DNA of 64,000 nucleotides. Origin: Candidatus Hydrogenedentota bacterium. GTDB lineage: Bacteria > Hydrogenedentota > Hydrogenedentia > Hydrogenedentales > SLHB01. Shown one piece after another: positions 9,649 through 19,117 of this stretch. Made by a program: the position numbers and the translations under genes. Within the stretch, counting starts at the first letter, position 1. Each line of letters opens with the position of its first letter. The stretch lies in NCBI GenBank assembly GCA_963668025.2, contig CAXXTH010000010.1:128001-192000 (forward strand), written 5' to 3'. The notes below the pieces were generated by a model, which worked only from the letters and a program-made list of their open reading frames with translations, did not search any database and was not told where the DNA came from.

Positions 9649-11969
9649 AAAAGCTCGTTGTCAGCATGATGATGGCGGCCTGTGTCCTCTTGGGGGGAAT
9701 CCCGGCGGCAAGCCAGGATTATACAGGAAAAAATGTGAAGGAAGTCCAATTGGTTGGGCTCGAACGTGTGAACGACCAAGTGGTGCGTTCCAAACTCGAG
9801 GTCCAGCCGGGGCAGCCTTTCAATTCGCGTATGGTGTCCCGTGATATCCGGCGCTTGTATGAGCTCGGGTATTTCTCCAATATCGTCGCCGACGCCAGCT
9901 TGTCCGGTGACGATGTGGTGGTCACATATACCGTCGAAGAAAAGCGCTCCATCGACGAAGTGAAGATCACCGGCAACCGCAAGGTGAAAGAGCGGGCGAT
10001 CCGGGGCGTGCTGACATGGCGCGAGGGCGATTCTTTCGCTTCGGAAGCCTATGATGATGAACGCGATGCAATCCTCAAATTGTATCAAAGCAAAGGCTTC
10101 CCGAGTGCCAGCGTCGATATTATCGTCGAAGAAATCGGCGCATCGCGCGTGCGCATCACCTATGTCATCAATGAGGGGAAAAAGGCCCGAGTGAAGCAGA
10201 TCACTTTTGTGGGCAATGAAACCCTTTCCGAGCATAAACTCAGGAAAGCCATGAAGACCAAACACGCATGGTGGTTCCTTGGCGGCAAGTATGATCCAGA
10301 TGTGTTTGAAGAAGATCTCGGACGCATAACGGACGAGTATGGCAATTACGGCCACCTCGAAGCCGATGTTGAAAATACCGATCTGGCGTTCTCGGAAGAT
10401 GGCAAGCGCGTCAATGTCACCATCTATGTGAAAGAAGGCCCGCAATACCACGTGGATACGCTCGATGTGGCCGGCAATGTGGTATACGACACCGACGAAA
10501 TCATCGATAAGATGAAGGTCATACCAGGCGAAGTCCATAATAAGAGCCAAGTCGAGAAAGACGCGGAGACGATCAATAGCGGTTATGAGGACAGCGGATA
10601 TGTGTATGCGGGTGTGACGCCGCAAGTGACGCTGGACCGTGAAAATAAAACCACGCATATTGTCCACCGGGTGCGCGAGGGAGACCTCAAGTATATCCGG
10701 GAGATCAAAATCACCGGTAATTCCATTACCCGCGATGATGTGATCCGCCGGGAGGTGTTGTCCTTCCCTGGAGAACGGTTTGATGGCGGCCTATTGCGGG
10801 CCAGCCAATCCCGCCTTGAAGATACGGAATGGTTCGAGACCGTCCGCTTTACGCTGGAAAACCTGGATGACACGGAAGACGGTCGTTTCTCGAATCTGCT
10901 GGTGGATGTCGAAGAAGGCAAAACGGGATACTTCAATTTCGGTGGCGGCTACAGCTCGGACGAGGGGTTGGGCGGCTTCACGGAGTTAACCTTTAACAAT
11001 TTTGACATCTCGAATTGGCCGAAGTTTTCGGGCGGCGGCGAACAGTTGCGCCTTAAACTTAACATCAGCGGCAAGCGCAACCAATACAATATCAGCTATA
11101 CGAACCCCGAATTTATGGGTTATCCGCTTATCTTCGGCGTGGATCTCTTTGATGAACGCTACGAATATGACGATGTCGGCCGCTATACGGAAGACACAAG
11201 CGGCGCGCAGATTCGTTTCGCCAAATTACTGTCGCCCTTTGTGACCGCGCGCACGATGCTGCGGTATTCCGACACCTCGATTTCGGATTTGCCCTGGTAT
11301 GCGGGCATCACCTATCCCCGCGAATATTGGGACGGCCGCGAAGGCAGCACGACCATTAGCTCCATCTGGGGCATCACGCGCAACACCGTCGATACCCAGA
11401 AAGACACCACCAGTGGTTCGCGGCATGATCTGCAATTCGAGTTCGCTGGCATAGGCGGCGACAATAACTTCTACAAGCTCGAACATGATTCGACGTGGTA
11501 TTGGCCGCTGGACGACAACCGCAAATGGATCCTCTCCTTCCGCACCCGCGAGGGCTGGGTGGATGAATACGGCAGTTCAGATTACGTCCCCCTGCAAGAT
11601 CGTTTCTTCGCGGGCGGAACGAACACCATCCGCGGCTACGACAGCCGTGATGTCGGCCCGAAAAAGACCGGTTTGTGGGGGCTTGGCGAGACTGTCGCCA
11701 TCGGTGGCGAGCTGCGGCTCCTGGAAAGCCTCGAAGTCAAATACCGCTTGAACAAACTCCTTCGCTTGTATGGTTTCGTGGATTCCGGCGGCGTCTGGGA
11801 AACGGCCAGCGATCTTGACTTTGGCGATATGCGGTACAGCGCGGGCATTGGCCTTGGATTTGATATCCCCCGCATGGGCCCCATCCGCGTCGATTATGGA
11901 TTCCCGCTGAATGCGGATGAAGACCAGGGTAACGGGAAGCTCCACTTGCAGAGCGGCTTCCGCTTCTAG
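9645..11969 (+). CDS. bamA: Outer membrane protein assembly factor BamA
   Basis: Signal peptide, POTRA-like repeats, IRGY loop motif, C-terminal Phe; the TTG start overlaps the clpC stop. Confidence 0.92.
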   Translation: MKKLVVSMMMAACVLLGGIPAASQDYTGKNVKEVQLVGLERVNDQVVRSKLEVQPGQPFNSRMVSRDIRRLYELGYFSNIVADASLSGDDVVVTYTVEEKRSIDEVKITGNRKVKERAIRGVLTWREGDSFASEAYDDERDAILKLYQSKGFPSASVDIIVEEIGASRVRITYVINEGKKARVKQITFVGNETLSEHKLRKAMKTKHAWWFLGGKYDPDVFEEDLGRITDEYGNYGHLEADVENTDLAFSEDGKRVNVTIYVKEGPQYHVDTLDVAGNVVYDTDEIIDKMKVIPGEVHNKSQVEKDAETINSGYEDSGYVYAGVTPQVTLDRENKTTHIVHRVREGDLKYIREIKITGNSITRDDVIRREVLSFPGERFDGGLLRASQSRLEDTEWFETVRFTLENLDDTEDGRFSNLLVDVEEGKTGYFNFGGGYSSDEGLGGFTELTFNNFDISNWPKFSGGGEQLRLKLNISGKRNQYNISYTNPEFMGYPLIFGVDLFDERYEYDDVGRYTEDTSGAQIRFAKLLSPFVTARTMLRYSDTSISDLPWYAGITYPREYWDGREGSTTISSIWGITRNTVDTQKDTTSGSRHDLQFEFAGIGGDNNFYKLEHDSTWYWPLDDNRKWILSFRTREGWVDEYGSSDYVPLQDRFFAGGTNTIRGYDSRDVGPKKTGLWGLGETVAIGGELRLLESLEVKYRLNKLLRLYGFVDSGGVWETASDLDFGDMRYSAGIGLGFDIPRMGPIRVDYGFPLNADEDQGNGKLHLQSGFRF

Positions 11970-11985
11970 AGGGGCCCGTTTTTTT

Positions 11986-12043
11986 GCCACAAGAAGCACA
12001 AAAGACACAAGAACCATCTTGTGTCTTTTGTGCTTCTTGTGGC
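11986..12043. repeat. Perfect 27-bp inverted repeat with a 4-nt loop and 9-bp internal period; may also act as a terminator
   Basis: gccacaagaagcacaaaagacacaaga-acca-tcttgtgtcttttgtgcttcttgtggc, flanked by T tracts. Confidence 0.9.
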
Positions 12044-12129
12044 TATTTTTCGTTTCCTTGCCGGCATTCATGGGGCTATGGTAGACTCCTCGTTCATATA
12101 GCGTTTCCACCTCGAGTTCGAACCGCTCC

Positions 12130-15100
12130 ATGAGGAGTCTTATGAAAAAACGGATCGTCTTTTTCCTGCTCAAAGCGCTTTTCATCGCAACGGTATTCAC
12201 CTTGCTGTTCCGGCCCCAGACATTCGGATTCTCGGAAGAAAAATTCAAAGGCATTTCCCTGGATGGCTTGGCTGGCGCCCTCGAACAACTCACGCTGGCC
12301 AACGCCGTGTTTTGGTTCAGCTTCGCCGCTCTCGCCAAATTGCTGGGCATTTCGGCGGGCATCCTGCGCTGGCGCTTGTTATTGCGCGCGCAAGGACTGC
12401 GTATTCCCTTCTGGTATCTTGTGAAATGCTGGTTCATGGGCCGGGCCATCGGCTTATGGCTTCCGAGCACCGTCGGGCTTGATGGCTACCGCCTCGTCGA
12501 GTCGGCGGCTTATACCGGCGAGGCCATCCGCTGCGCCACGGTCATCGCGGTCGAAAAACTCATCGGATTCATCGCCCTCGGCATGCTCGTTTTTCTCACC
12601 CTGCCTCGAGTGCTTACGTTATTCAAGGTGAATGTTCCCATGCTGGCCATCGTGCTGGCTGGCTTGCTCGGTTTTATCACCGTATCGCTATTGTTGCTGC
12701 TCAATCCCCGCGTCGTGCAAGTGCTGGCCTCGGTCCTGCCCGTTCCCGGCGCCTTACGGGGCAAGATCGACAAACTCAGCGCGGCGCTTACCGCATACGC
12801 CGGCCACCGCGCCACACTGTTGCTCGCGTTGCTGCTCGGATTAGGCATCCATCTGGGCATATGCCTCATGTATTTCGGCACGGCCATGGCCATTAGCGGC
12901 GGGCATGCGGCGATACTAGATATTCTCTTTGTCAGCCCGCTGGTGATCGTAGGCTCGATTATCGCCCCTACGGTCAGCGGAATGGGCGTGCGCGAAGTGG
13001 GATTCCGCGTCCTGCTCGGGGCCAAGTATGGAACGGAGCAAGCCTTGCTTTTTGGCCATATGGGGCTTTGGCTTGGCGAAGTGCTGCCTTTCTTGTTAAG
13101 CATTCCTCTCCTGTTGTTTGCTACGCGCCCCAAACGGGAGGAGTTCCTTTCGGAGGCGGATTCCGTGCGCGCCAAGGCCTCTCACCTGGGGGAAAAGAAT
13201 ATGCATTTGCCGCAAGAAGCTATTCGCGAATATCGGGCCCGGCTGCTCAATACTTTGTTAGCAGGCATGCTGGGCGGGCTTGTGGCGGGGGCGCTCGTGG
13301 GCCTGGCCGAGGCGGGCTGGATTGTGCGCTCGCTGGGCGGCTTGGCTGAATACGCCGCGTTCTGGTGGGGGCCGCTGGTGTACGGAGTTCTGTTTGGCGC
13401 GGCGGGACTAGGCGTTGCAGTGGGGCTGGCGTTCGTTTGCCTGCTATTTGACCGTTTCCTCAAACCGCAAACTATATTCATTTTGGCCCTAGGCCTCTTT
13501 ACCGCACTGGCGGTCCTCGTCATCGGCCAGTTCCGTTTCCAACGGGATGTGCTGGCCGGCCACGCCATGTCGCTCCAGCAAAGCGCCATGATCGCCGCGT
13601 CCGCATTAGGCGGTGCGCTGGCGCTGGCTGTGGCCGCCTGGCTGGCGCTGCGATGGGTGCGCACAGGGCGTACGGCCGCCGTAGCGTCTGGCTTTGGCGC
13701 ATTCACGGTCCTTGTGGCAGCAGGCGCGGTGGTATCTGGAACCATGACACCCGTAGTGGAAGAGCATACTTTCCAACCCGCCGCACAAGCAAAAGGCCCC
13801 AATATCATCTTCGTGGCCGTGGACGCCCTACGGGCGGACCGGCTGGGCTGCTACTCGAAAGATGCCGCCGCACGGACGCCCAACTTGGACGGATTCGCGC
13901 GGGACGCCGTGCGCTTCGAGAGCGCCTTCTCGCAAGCCTCGTGGACCAAACCCTCGTTCGCGACCATGTTCTCGGGCCTGTATCCCTCGATGCATGGCGC
14001 GACATCGAAAACCTCCATGCTCCAAGACAATGTGACGACCTTCCCCGAGCTGTTGCTTGGCGCGGGCTACTATACGAAAGGCTTTTCGAATAACCCGAAC
14101 ATCACCAGCTTGTTTCATTTCGATCAAGGCTTCGCCGATTATGTGGATCTAAAGCCGAGCCTCTATTTCGGCGCGTCGGCCTCCTCCTCGAAACTGGCGG
14201 TCTATGAAGTGTTGCGGCGCGCACGCCAGATGGCGCTTGCGAAGCTGCCTGGCGGCCACATGGTAGTGACGGATTTCTACCAGCCCGCTGAAGTGGTGAC
14301 GCAAACCGCCCTCGATTGGCTCGATAGCCCGCAACGACCCGTGCATGCGCCGTTTTTCCTGTTCCTGCATTATATGGAGACCCACGACCCCTTCATGGAT
14401 TGGACGCATCCGGGTGTCGGGTATGCCCGCGTACGCATGGAGAATCCCGACCCTGATAAGTATCTCGAAGCCATGAGCCGCGCATATGACGGCGAGATCG
14501 AGCACTTGGATCAAAACCTCGGCCCGCTCTTCGAGGGCTTGCGCCAGCGTGGATTGTATGAAGACACCGTGATCGTGTTCACGTCGGACCATGGCGAGGA
14601 GTTCTATGACCACCGGGGGTGGTGGCATGGGCAGACCTTGTACGATGAACTGACCCATGTGCCTCTGCTGATCAAACTGCCGGGCCATATCAAGGGCGGC
14701 GAGGTGAATTCGGATTTCGCCCGGCATATTGACCTTGCCCCCACGTGTTTATCCCTAGCAGGCGTCGAGAAAGACGCCGCCATGCCCGGGCATTCTTTGC
14801 TGGATTTAACAGGAGCGTTCGGCAATCAAGATACCAGCTATTCCTACGCGGAGAATGATTTCGAAGGCATTGTGCTCCAAGCGATACGAATCCATGCGGC
14901 CAAGACCATTCATGCAAACGAAGGCAATAAGCGCAACCTAAAACCCGTCGAGTTATACGACATGGCTGCGGACCCAAAAGAGCAGCAAAACCTGGCGGGC
15001 CAAAGCGATCCGCGTGAGTCCGAATTGAGTAGCTTGCTCGCAAACGTTCAGCGTTCAATTAAGGAAAACGCCAAAGAACCGGAAAAAGCCGTTGAAATAT

Positions 15101-15153
15101 CGGATGAACTAAAAAGCCAGCTTGAAGCGCTAGGTTACGTGAATGCCGAATAA
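12130..15153 (+). CDS. Fusion: LPG-synthase TM/flippase-like (UPF0104) domain + multi-TM linker + sulfatase-like hydrolase/transferase domain
   Basis: N-terminus: RWRLLL..LPSTVGLDGYR..EK..P..SGMGVRE. C-terminus: PNIIFVAVDALRAD, SWTKPS, HYMETHDP, YDGEI, TSDHGEEF, HG, HVPL. Confidence 0.8.
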   Translation: MRSLMKKRIVFFLLKALFIATVFTLLFRPQTFGFSEEKFKGISLDGLAGALEQLTLANAVFWFSFAALAKLLGISAGILRWRLLLRAQGLRIPFWYLVKCWFMGRAIGLWLPSTVGLDGYRLVESAAYTGEAIRCATVIAVEKLIGFIALGMLVFLTLPRVLTLFKVNVPMLAIVLAGLLGFITVSLLLLLNPRVVQVLASVLPVPGALRGKIDKLSAALTAYAGHRATLLLALLLGLGIHLGICLMYFGTAMAISGGHAAILDILFVSPLVIVGSIIAPTVSGMGVREVGFRVLLGAKYGTEQALLFGHMGLWLGEVLPFLLSIPLLLFATRPKREEFLSEADSVRAKASHLGEKNMHLPQEAIREYRARLLNTLLAGMLGGLVAGALVGLAEAGWIVRSLGGLAEYAAFWWGPLVYGVLFGAAGLGVAVGLAFVCLLFDRFLKPQTIFILALGLFTALAVLVIGQFRFQRDVLAGHAMSLQQSAMIAASALGGALALAVAAWLALRWVRTGRTAAVASGFGAFTVLVAAGAVVSGTMTPVVEEHTFQPAAQAKGPNIIFVAVDALRADRLGCYSKDAAARTPNLDGFARDAVRFESAFSQASWTKPSFATMFSGLYPSMHGATSKTSMLQDNVTTFPELLLGAGYYTKGFSNNPNITSLFHFDQGFADYVDLKPSLYFGASASSSKLAVYEVLRRARQMALAKLPGGHMVVTDFYQPAEVVTQTALDWLDSPQRPVHAPFFLFLHYMETHDPFMDWTHPGVGYARVRMENPDPDKYLEAMSRAYDGEIEHLDQNLGPLFEGLRQRGLYEDTVIVFTSDHGEEFYDHRGWWHGQTLYDELTHVPLLIKLPGHIKGGEVNSDFARHIDLAPTCLSLAGVEKDAAMPGHSLLDLTGAFGNQDTSYSYAENDFEGIVLQAIRIHAAKTIHANEGNKRNLKPVELYDMAADPKEQQNLAGQSDPRESELSSLLANVQRSIKENAKEPEKAVEISDELKSQLEALGYVNAE

Positions 15154-15170
15154 ACCATGAACTTTTTGGA

Positions 15171-15252
15171 AACCACGAAATACACTAATGCATGAAGTAA
15201 AAAAATAGTTTTTCAGTATGATATTTTCGTGTGTTTCGTGTATTTCGTGGTT
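15171..15252. repeat. Inverted pair of 9-bp-periodic arms
   Basis: aaccacgaaatacactaa ... ttcgtgtgtttcgtgtatttcgtggtt; the same arm occurs at 6803 and 49277-49303. Confidence 0.75.
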
Positions 15253-15302
15253 AGAAATCCGGATCTGTAGTAGCAACTAGGCTATGCTTGGAGTGTTGAT
15301 AA

Positions 15303-17306
15303 ATGAAAAAGCATACTTCATCGCATCAATATACACGGCGTGATTTTTTAGCGGCGGGCGCGGCGGCGGGCGTGGCATTGGGCTGCGGCAAGTCGTTCTT
15401 CATCGGTAAAGCCAGCGCTAAAACCAAGGGCCGTGTGATCATTCTGGGATTTGACGGCATGGAGCCGAGTCTCGTGGCTCCCATGCTTGATGCAGGCGAA
15501 TTGCCGAATCTGGCCGCACTGAAACAATCCGGCTCCTATCATACCCTCGGCACCACCATTCCGCCACAATCACCCACGGCATGGAGTTCGTTCGCCACCT
15601 CGAAGAATCCCGGCGGGCACGGCATCTTCGATTTTATCCGCCGCAACCCGCAATCGCGCAGCGGCCCTATTCCATTGGTGGGCACAGGAAAATTCGAGCA
15701 TCCCGGCCTTGCGCCGGATGGCGCTTTGGCGCGCCCGCCGGAGGCGCTCTCGTTTCGCAAGGGGAAAGCCTTTTGGTCAGTGGCCGATGAGCAAGGCGCG
15801 CGCGGGCGCATCTTGAACGTGCCGTACGCCTTTCCGCCCGATGACATGAAAAACGGGAGCATGCTTTGCGGCCTATGGGTGCCGGATCTGCGCGGTAACA
15901 ATAGCACCTATGTGGCCCTGTCGGACGCCTTCACGGACGAGACGGAGGATTCATCCGGCGGCATCCGCGTGAAACTCGCTTTTGACGCTTCCGGCGTTGC
16001 AGAGGTGAATGTGCCGGGGCCGCGCGACACGCGGTTCCCGTTCCGCGACCCGAAGGCCTTTACAACGGTTCCCATGAAGCTCCGCATCGACCGCGCTGGA
16101 CACCAAGGCGAGGCCGTCGTGGACGGTAAGACCGTTGCATTGGCGCAAGGCCAGTGGTCGCCGTGGATCGAGCTGCCCTTCGCCATGTCGGAACAATACG
16201 CGGTCCACGGCATCGCGCGGTTTTTCCCCATGGAAATCGGCGATGTAGTCCGCATCTACATGAGCTGCGCCCAATACGACCCTCGCCAGCCGTATGTGCC
16301 CATCAGCTCGCCCTCGGCGTATTCCAAGGAATTGGCGGAACGTTATGGCCTGTACAAAACCATCGGCTGGGCGTACGACACCAAGGCCCTCAGCAGCGGC
16401 GACCTCATCGAGGAAGCCTTTCTGGCGGATCTGCGTGAGACCATGAATTGGTGGAGCAAGCTCACGATGGATGAACTCGAGCGCGGCGAACTCGATTTCC
16501 TCGTGTCGGCGGGCACCGCAACGGACCGCGTGGCCCATATGTTCTGGCGGTTTCTAGACGATAAAAATCCTATGTATACTCCCGAGGGCGCTCAGAAATA
16601 TGCAAGGGCCATCCAGGAAATCTACAAGATGGCTGATGCATTCGTCGGCAGCGTCCGTGCGAAATTGCGCGAGGAAGACCTGTTCCTTGTAATGTCCGAC
16701 CACGGTTTCGGTTCATGGCGCACCCAGTTCAATGTGAACGGCTGGCTCAAAGAAAATGGATACCTGGCCACGGCCGACCCCGCGCTCGCGAAGGAAAAGG
16801 GCTTTCTCCTGGATATGGATTGGACCCAGACAAAGGCCTACGCCGTGGGCCTCAGTTCGATGTATCTCAACCTGCAAGGCCGGGAATCGCGCGGGCTAGT
16901 GGCGGCCGCCGAACAAGACGCCCTCCTCGCGGAAATTCGCGACAAGCTCTTGCAGGTGAAAGACCCCGCCACGGGCAGCCCCGTCCTCAGCCATGTCTAT
17001 ACAAAGGCGGACTATAAAGGCGAGGCCATGGCGGATGCGCCTGATTTTTCGCTCGGATTCAGCCCGTATTACCAGATGAATAAATCCTGCGCCCTGGGTT
17101 ATGTGGGCGGCGCGTTGTTTTCTCCGAACGACGACAAATGGAGCGGTGAACACGCCGCGTCCGACATGGCGTCATGCCCTGGCGTGTTGTTCGCGAACCG
17201 GCCCATCGAAAATGATGCGCCCACCATTCTCGATTTCGGGTCAACCGTGCTCAAGCATCTAGGCCGCGACATCCCAAGTGATTATGAAGGGAAAAGCCTG
17301 GTGTGA
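15303..17306 (+). CDS. Tat-exported alkaline-phosphatase-superfamily protein (type I phosphodiesterase/nucleotide pyrophosphatase-like)
   Basis: TRRDFL twin-arginine signal; ILGFDG, PPQSPTAWSS, DRVAH, MSDHGF, WSGEH. Confidence 0.85.
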   Translation: MKKHTSSHQYTRRDFLAAGAAAGVALGCGKSFFIGKASAKTKGRVIILGFDGMEPSLVAPMLDAGELPNLAALKQSGSYHTLGTTIPPQSPTAWSSFATSKNPGGHGIFDFIRRNPQSRSGPIPLVGTGKFEHPGLAPDGALARPPEALSFRKGKAFWSVADEQGARGRILNVPYAFPPDDMKNGSMLCGLWVPDLRGNNSTYVALSDAFTDETEDSSGGIRVKLAFDASGVAEVNVPGPRDTRFPFRDPKAFTTVPMKLRIDRAGHQGEAVVDGKTVALAQGQWSPWIELPFAMSEQYAVHGIARFFPMEIGDVVRIYMSCAQYDPRQPYVPISSPSAYSKELAERYGLYKTIGWAYDTKALSSGDLIEEAFLADLRETMNWWSKLTMDELERGELDFLVSAGTATDRVAHMFWRFLDDKNPMYTPEGAQKYARAIQEIYKMADAFVGSVRAKLREEDLFLVMSDHGFGSWRTQFNVNGWLKENGYLATADPALAKEKGFLLDMDWTQTKAYAVGLSSMYLNLQGRESRGLVAAAEQDALLAEIRDKLLQVKDPATGSPVLSHVYTKADYKGEAMADAPDFSLGFSPYYQMNKSCALGYVGGALFSPNDDKWSGEHAASDMASCPGVLFANRPIENDAPTILDFGSTVLKHLGRDIPSDYEGKSLV

Positions 17307-17403
17307 ACCGGCTGGAGCATTTGAAGATTTTTTCACCACGGGGACACGGGGAACACGGGGGGAGATGTGTTATGACTGTGATTTGTCAAAATAAAAAAGG
17401 TTT

Positions 17404-17676
17404 TGTAACACTTGAGCCGACTGAAGTAAAAGCATCGGGACGGTTTTTGAACCGGGAATACATAATGAACCGCCTATGATGGAGGCATTTATTTTTAGAC
17501 ATGATTTACAAGATGGGACAAGATTTTTATGATGGCAATTTTGTTACACAAAAGAACGCGCCCGGACACTTCCTAGATTAACTTTCAAATCTGCAAATAA
17601 TCCTGGCGATCTTGTCCAATCTTGTAAATCATGTCTAAAAAAAGCAACTCTTTCTTCAGTCCGCTAAAGTGTTACA
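17404..17676. mobile_element. MITE-like element with ~23-bp terminal inverted repeats and a target-site duplication
   Basis: TGTAACACTTGAGCCGACTGAAG ... CTTCAGTCCGCTAAAGTGTTACA, flanked by direct AGGTTT at 17398-17403 and 17677-17682; the same end recurs at 52907-52936. Confidence 0.7.
17492..17641. repeat. Inner 33-bp inverted repeat (1 mismatch) with 9/10-bp period
   Basis: tttttagacatgatttacaagatgggacaagat at 17492-17524 and atcttgtccaatcttgtaaatcatgtctaaaaa at 17609-17641. Confidence 0.85.
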
Positions 17677-17865
17677 AGGTTTTTTTATTCCACCGTAGAT
17701 GCGGATGGCACGGATTTGGATGAACGATTCAGTATGTGTGTAACAGTATTAGTCAAGTGTTTTATCTGATGTGTTTTAGTATAATTAGCGTACCGGGTGG
17801 TCGAAGATTTGTACTTTTGTTTTGCCACCCCGCGCTCCCCGTGTCCCCGTGGTAAAAAATCTTTT

Positions 17866-18867
17866 CTAAAAGCTTTGTAGCAATTCTTCCAGGCACACCG
17901 GTGCAGTGCCGATTTTTCCTACCACCACGCCTGCGGCGTGATTCGAGATAATCGCGGCGTCTTCGGGTGGCGCGCCGCCCAGCAGGGCCAGGATGTACGA
18001 CGCGATCACCGTGTCGCCCGCGCCTGATACATCAAATACTTCCTTGGCGCGGGTGGGAATGTGCAGCGGTGGTTTGCTTTCACGGAAAAGAGCCATGCCG
18101 CCCGGCCCTAGGGTGATCAAAGTCTGCTCGGCGTTCCAGCTTCGGCGCAAGGCGTCCACCACGCGAAGCAGCGGTTCATCCTGCTCGATGGGCAGAACGA
18201 GTTCTGTGTAGTATACGCCCGCCATGGCGAAGGCTTCCCGCCGGTTCGGCGTGATGAGGGAAAGCCCCGGCGTGACAAATTGGGCATGGGCGGGATGGGG
18301 GTCCAGAGCGGCGGGAATCGCGTGCCGATGGGCGAGCGACGCCACTTTGGCAAGCAGCGTGCGGCTCAATGCGCCCTTGGCGTAATCCTCGATGATGATG
18401 GCGTCGATCCGTCCCGCCGACACTTCCGCTTCGAGCCGCGCCGCCAGTTCCTGTTCCTGCATTTCCGCCAGCGGATGCACATCTTCCGTATCGACCCGTA
18501 CGACTTGCTGGTTACCCGCGATAATGCGGGTCTTTTCCGTCGTGCGGCGGTGTTCATCCACGAGTACGCCCGATAAATCGATGGACAGCTCATGCAGCAA
18601 ATTGCGCAAATCTTGTGCATTGGCGTCGCCGCCGACTACGCCAAAGGCCGCTGCTTGCGCGCCTAGGCAGGCGATGTTGCGCAAGGCATTGGCCGCGCCG
18701 CCGGGGGAAACCGAGGTATGGTCCACAACCACTATCGGCACGGGCGCTTCCGGGGAAATACGGGACGCGCTGCCCCATGAGTATCTATCCAAAATCAGGT
18801 CGCCTACCACGGCCACCCGCTTGCCTTTCCAGCGTTCCGCTACTGCTTGGACGTAACTGGCTTCCAA
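17866..18867 (-). CDS. rfaE1: D-glycero-beta-D-manno-heptose-7-phosphate kinase (HldE/RfaE domain I, PfkB family)
   Basis: GDLILDRY..RISPEAPVP, GGAAN, TTEKTR, DYAKG, TPNRREA, VFDVSGAGDT. Confidence 0.9.
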   Translation of the reverse strand: MEASYVQAVAERWKGKRVAVVGDLILDRYSWGSASRISPEAPVPIVVVDHTSVSPGGAANALRNIACLGAQAAAFGVVGGDANAQDLRNLLHELSIDLSGVLVDEHRRTTEKTRIIAGNQQVVRVDTEDVHPLAEMQEQELAARLEAEVSAGRIDAIIIEDYAKGALSRTLLAKVASLAHRHAIPAALDPHPAHAQFVTPGLSLITPNRREAFAMAGVYYTELVLPIEQDEPLLRVVDALRRSWNAEQTLITLGPGGMALFRESKPPLHIPTRAKEVFDVSGAGDTVIASYILALLGGAPPEDAAIISNHAAGVVVGKIGTAPVCLEELLQSF

Positions 18868-18960
18868 TATGCATCTCCAAATGTGCGTTTCCCGGATATT
18901 TCATCACGAAGATACGAAGAACGCGAAGGATTATACCCCAAATTAAACAGAGCCAGATTT

Positions 18961-19023
18961 GTAGGGTGGGGCTTGCCCCACCATAACCTGCCACCTTGAA
19001 CGGTGGGGCAAGCCCCACCCTAC
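18961..19023. repeat. REP-like inverted doublet, family A, itself enclosed by 9-bp-periodic arms at 18903-18929 and 19025-19042
   Basis: gtagggtggggcttgccccacc ... ggtggggcaagccccaccctac. Confidence 0.85.
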
Positions 19024-19117
19024 ATCTTTTGTATTACGTGATCTGTGGAATCCACATCTCAGTTCGAGGACAGTTTATCAAGAAACGGGAATGCACGTAA
19101 ACGCAAAAACAAGCAAA

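Larger units (their letters stand above)
17324..17863. repeat. Outer ~36-bp inverted repeat with 9-bp period enclosing nested elements
   Basis: 17324-17360 aagattttttcaccacggggacacggggaacacgggg versus 17828-17863, whose reverse complement is aagattttttaccacggggacacggggagcgcgggg. Confidence 0.85.
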
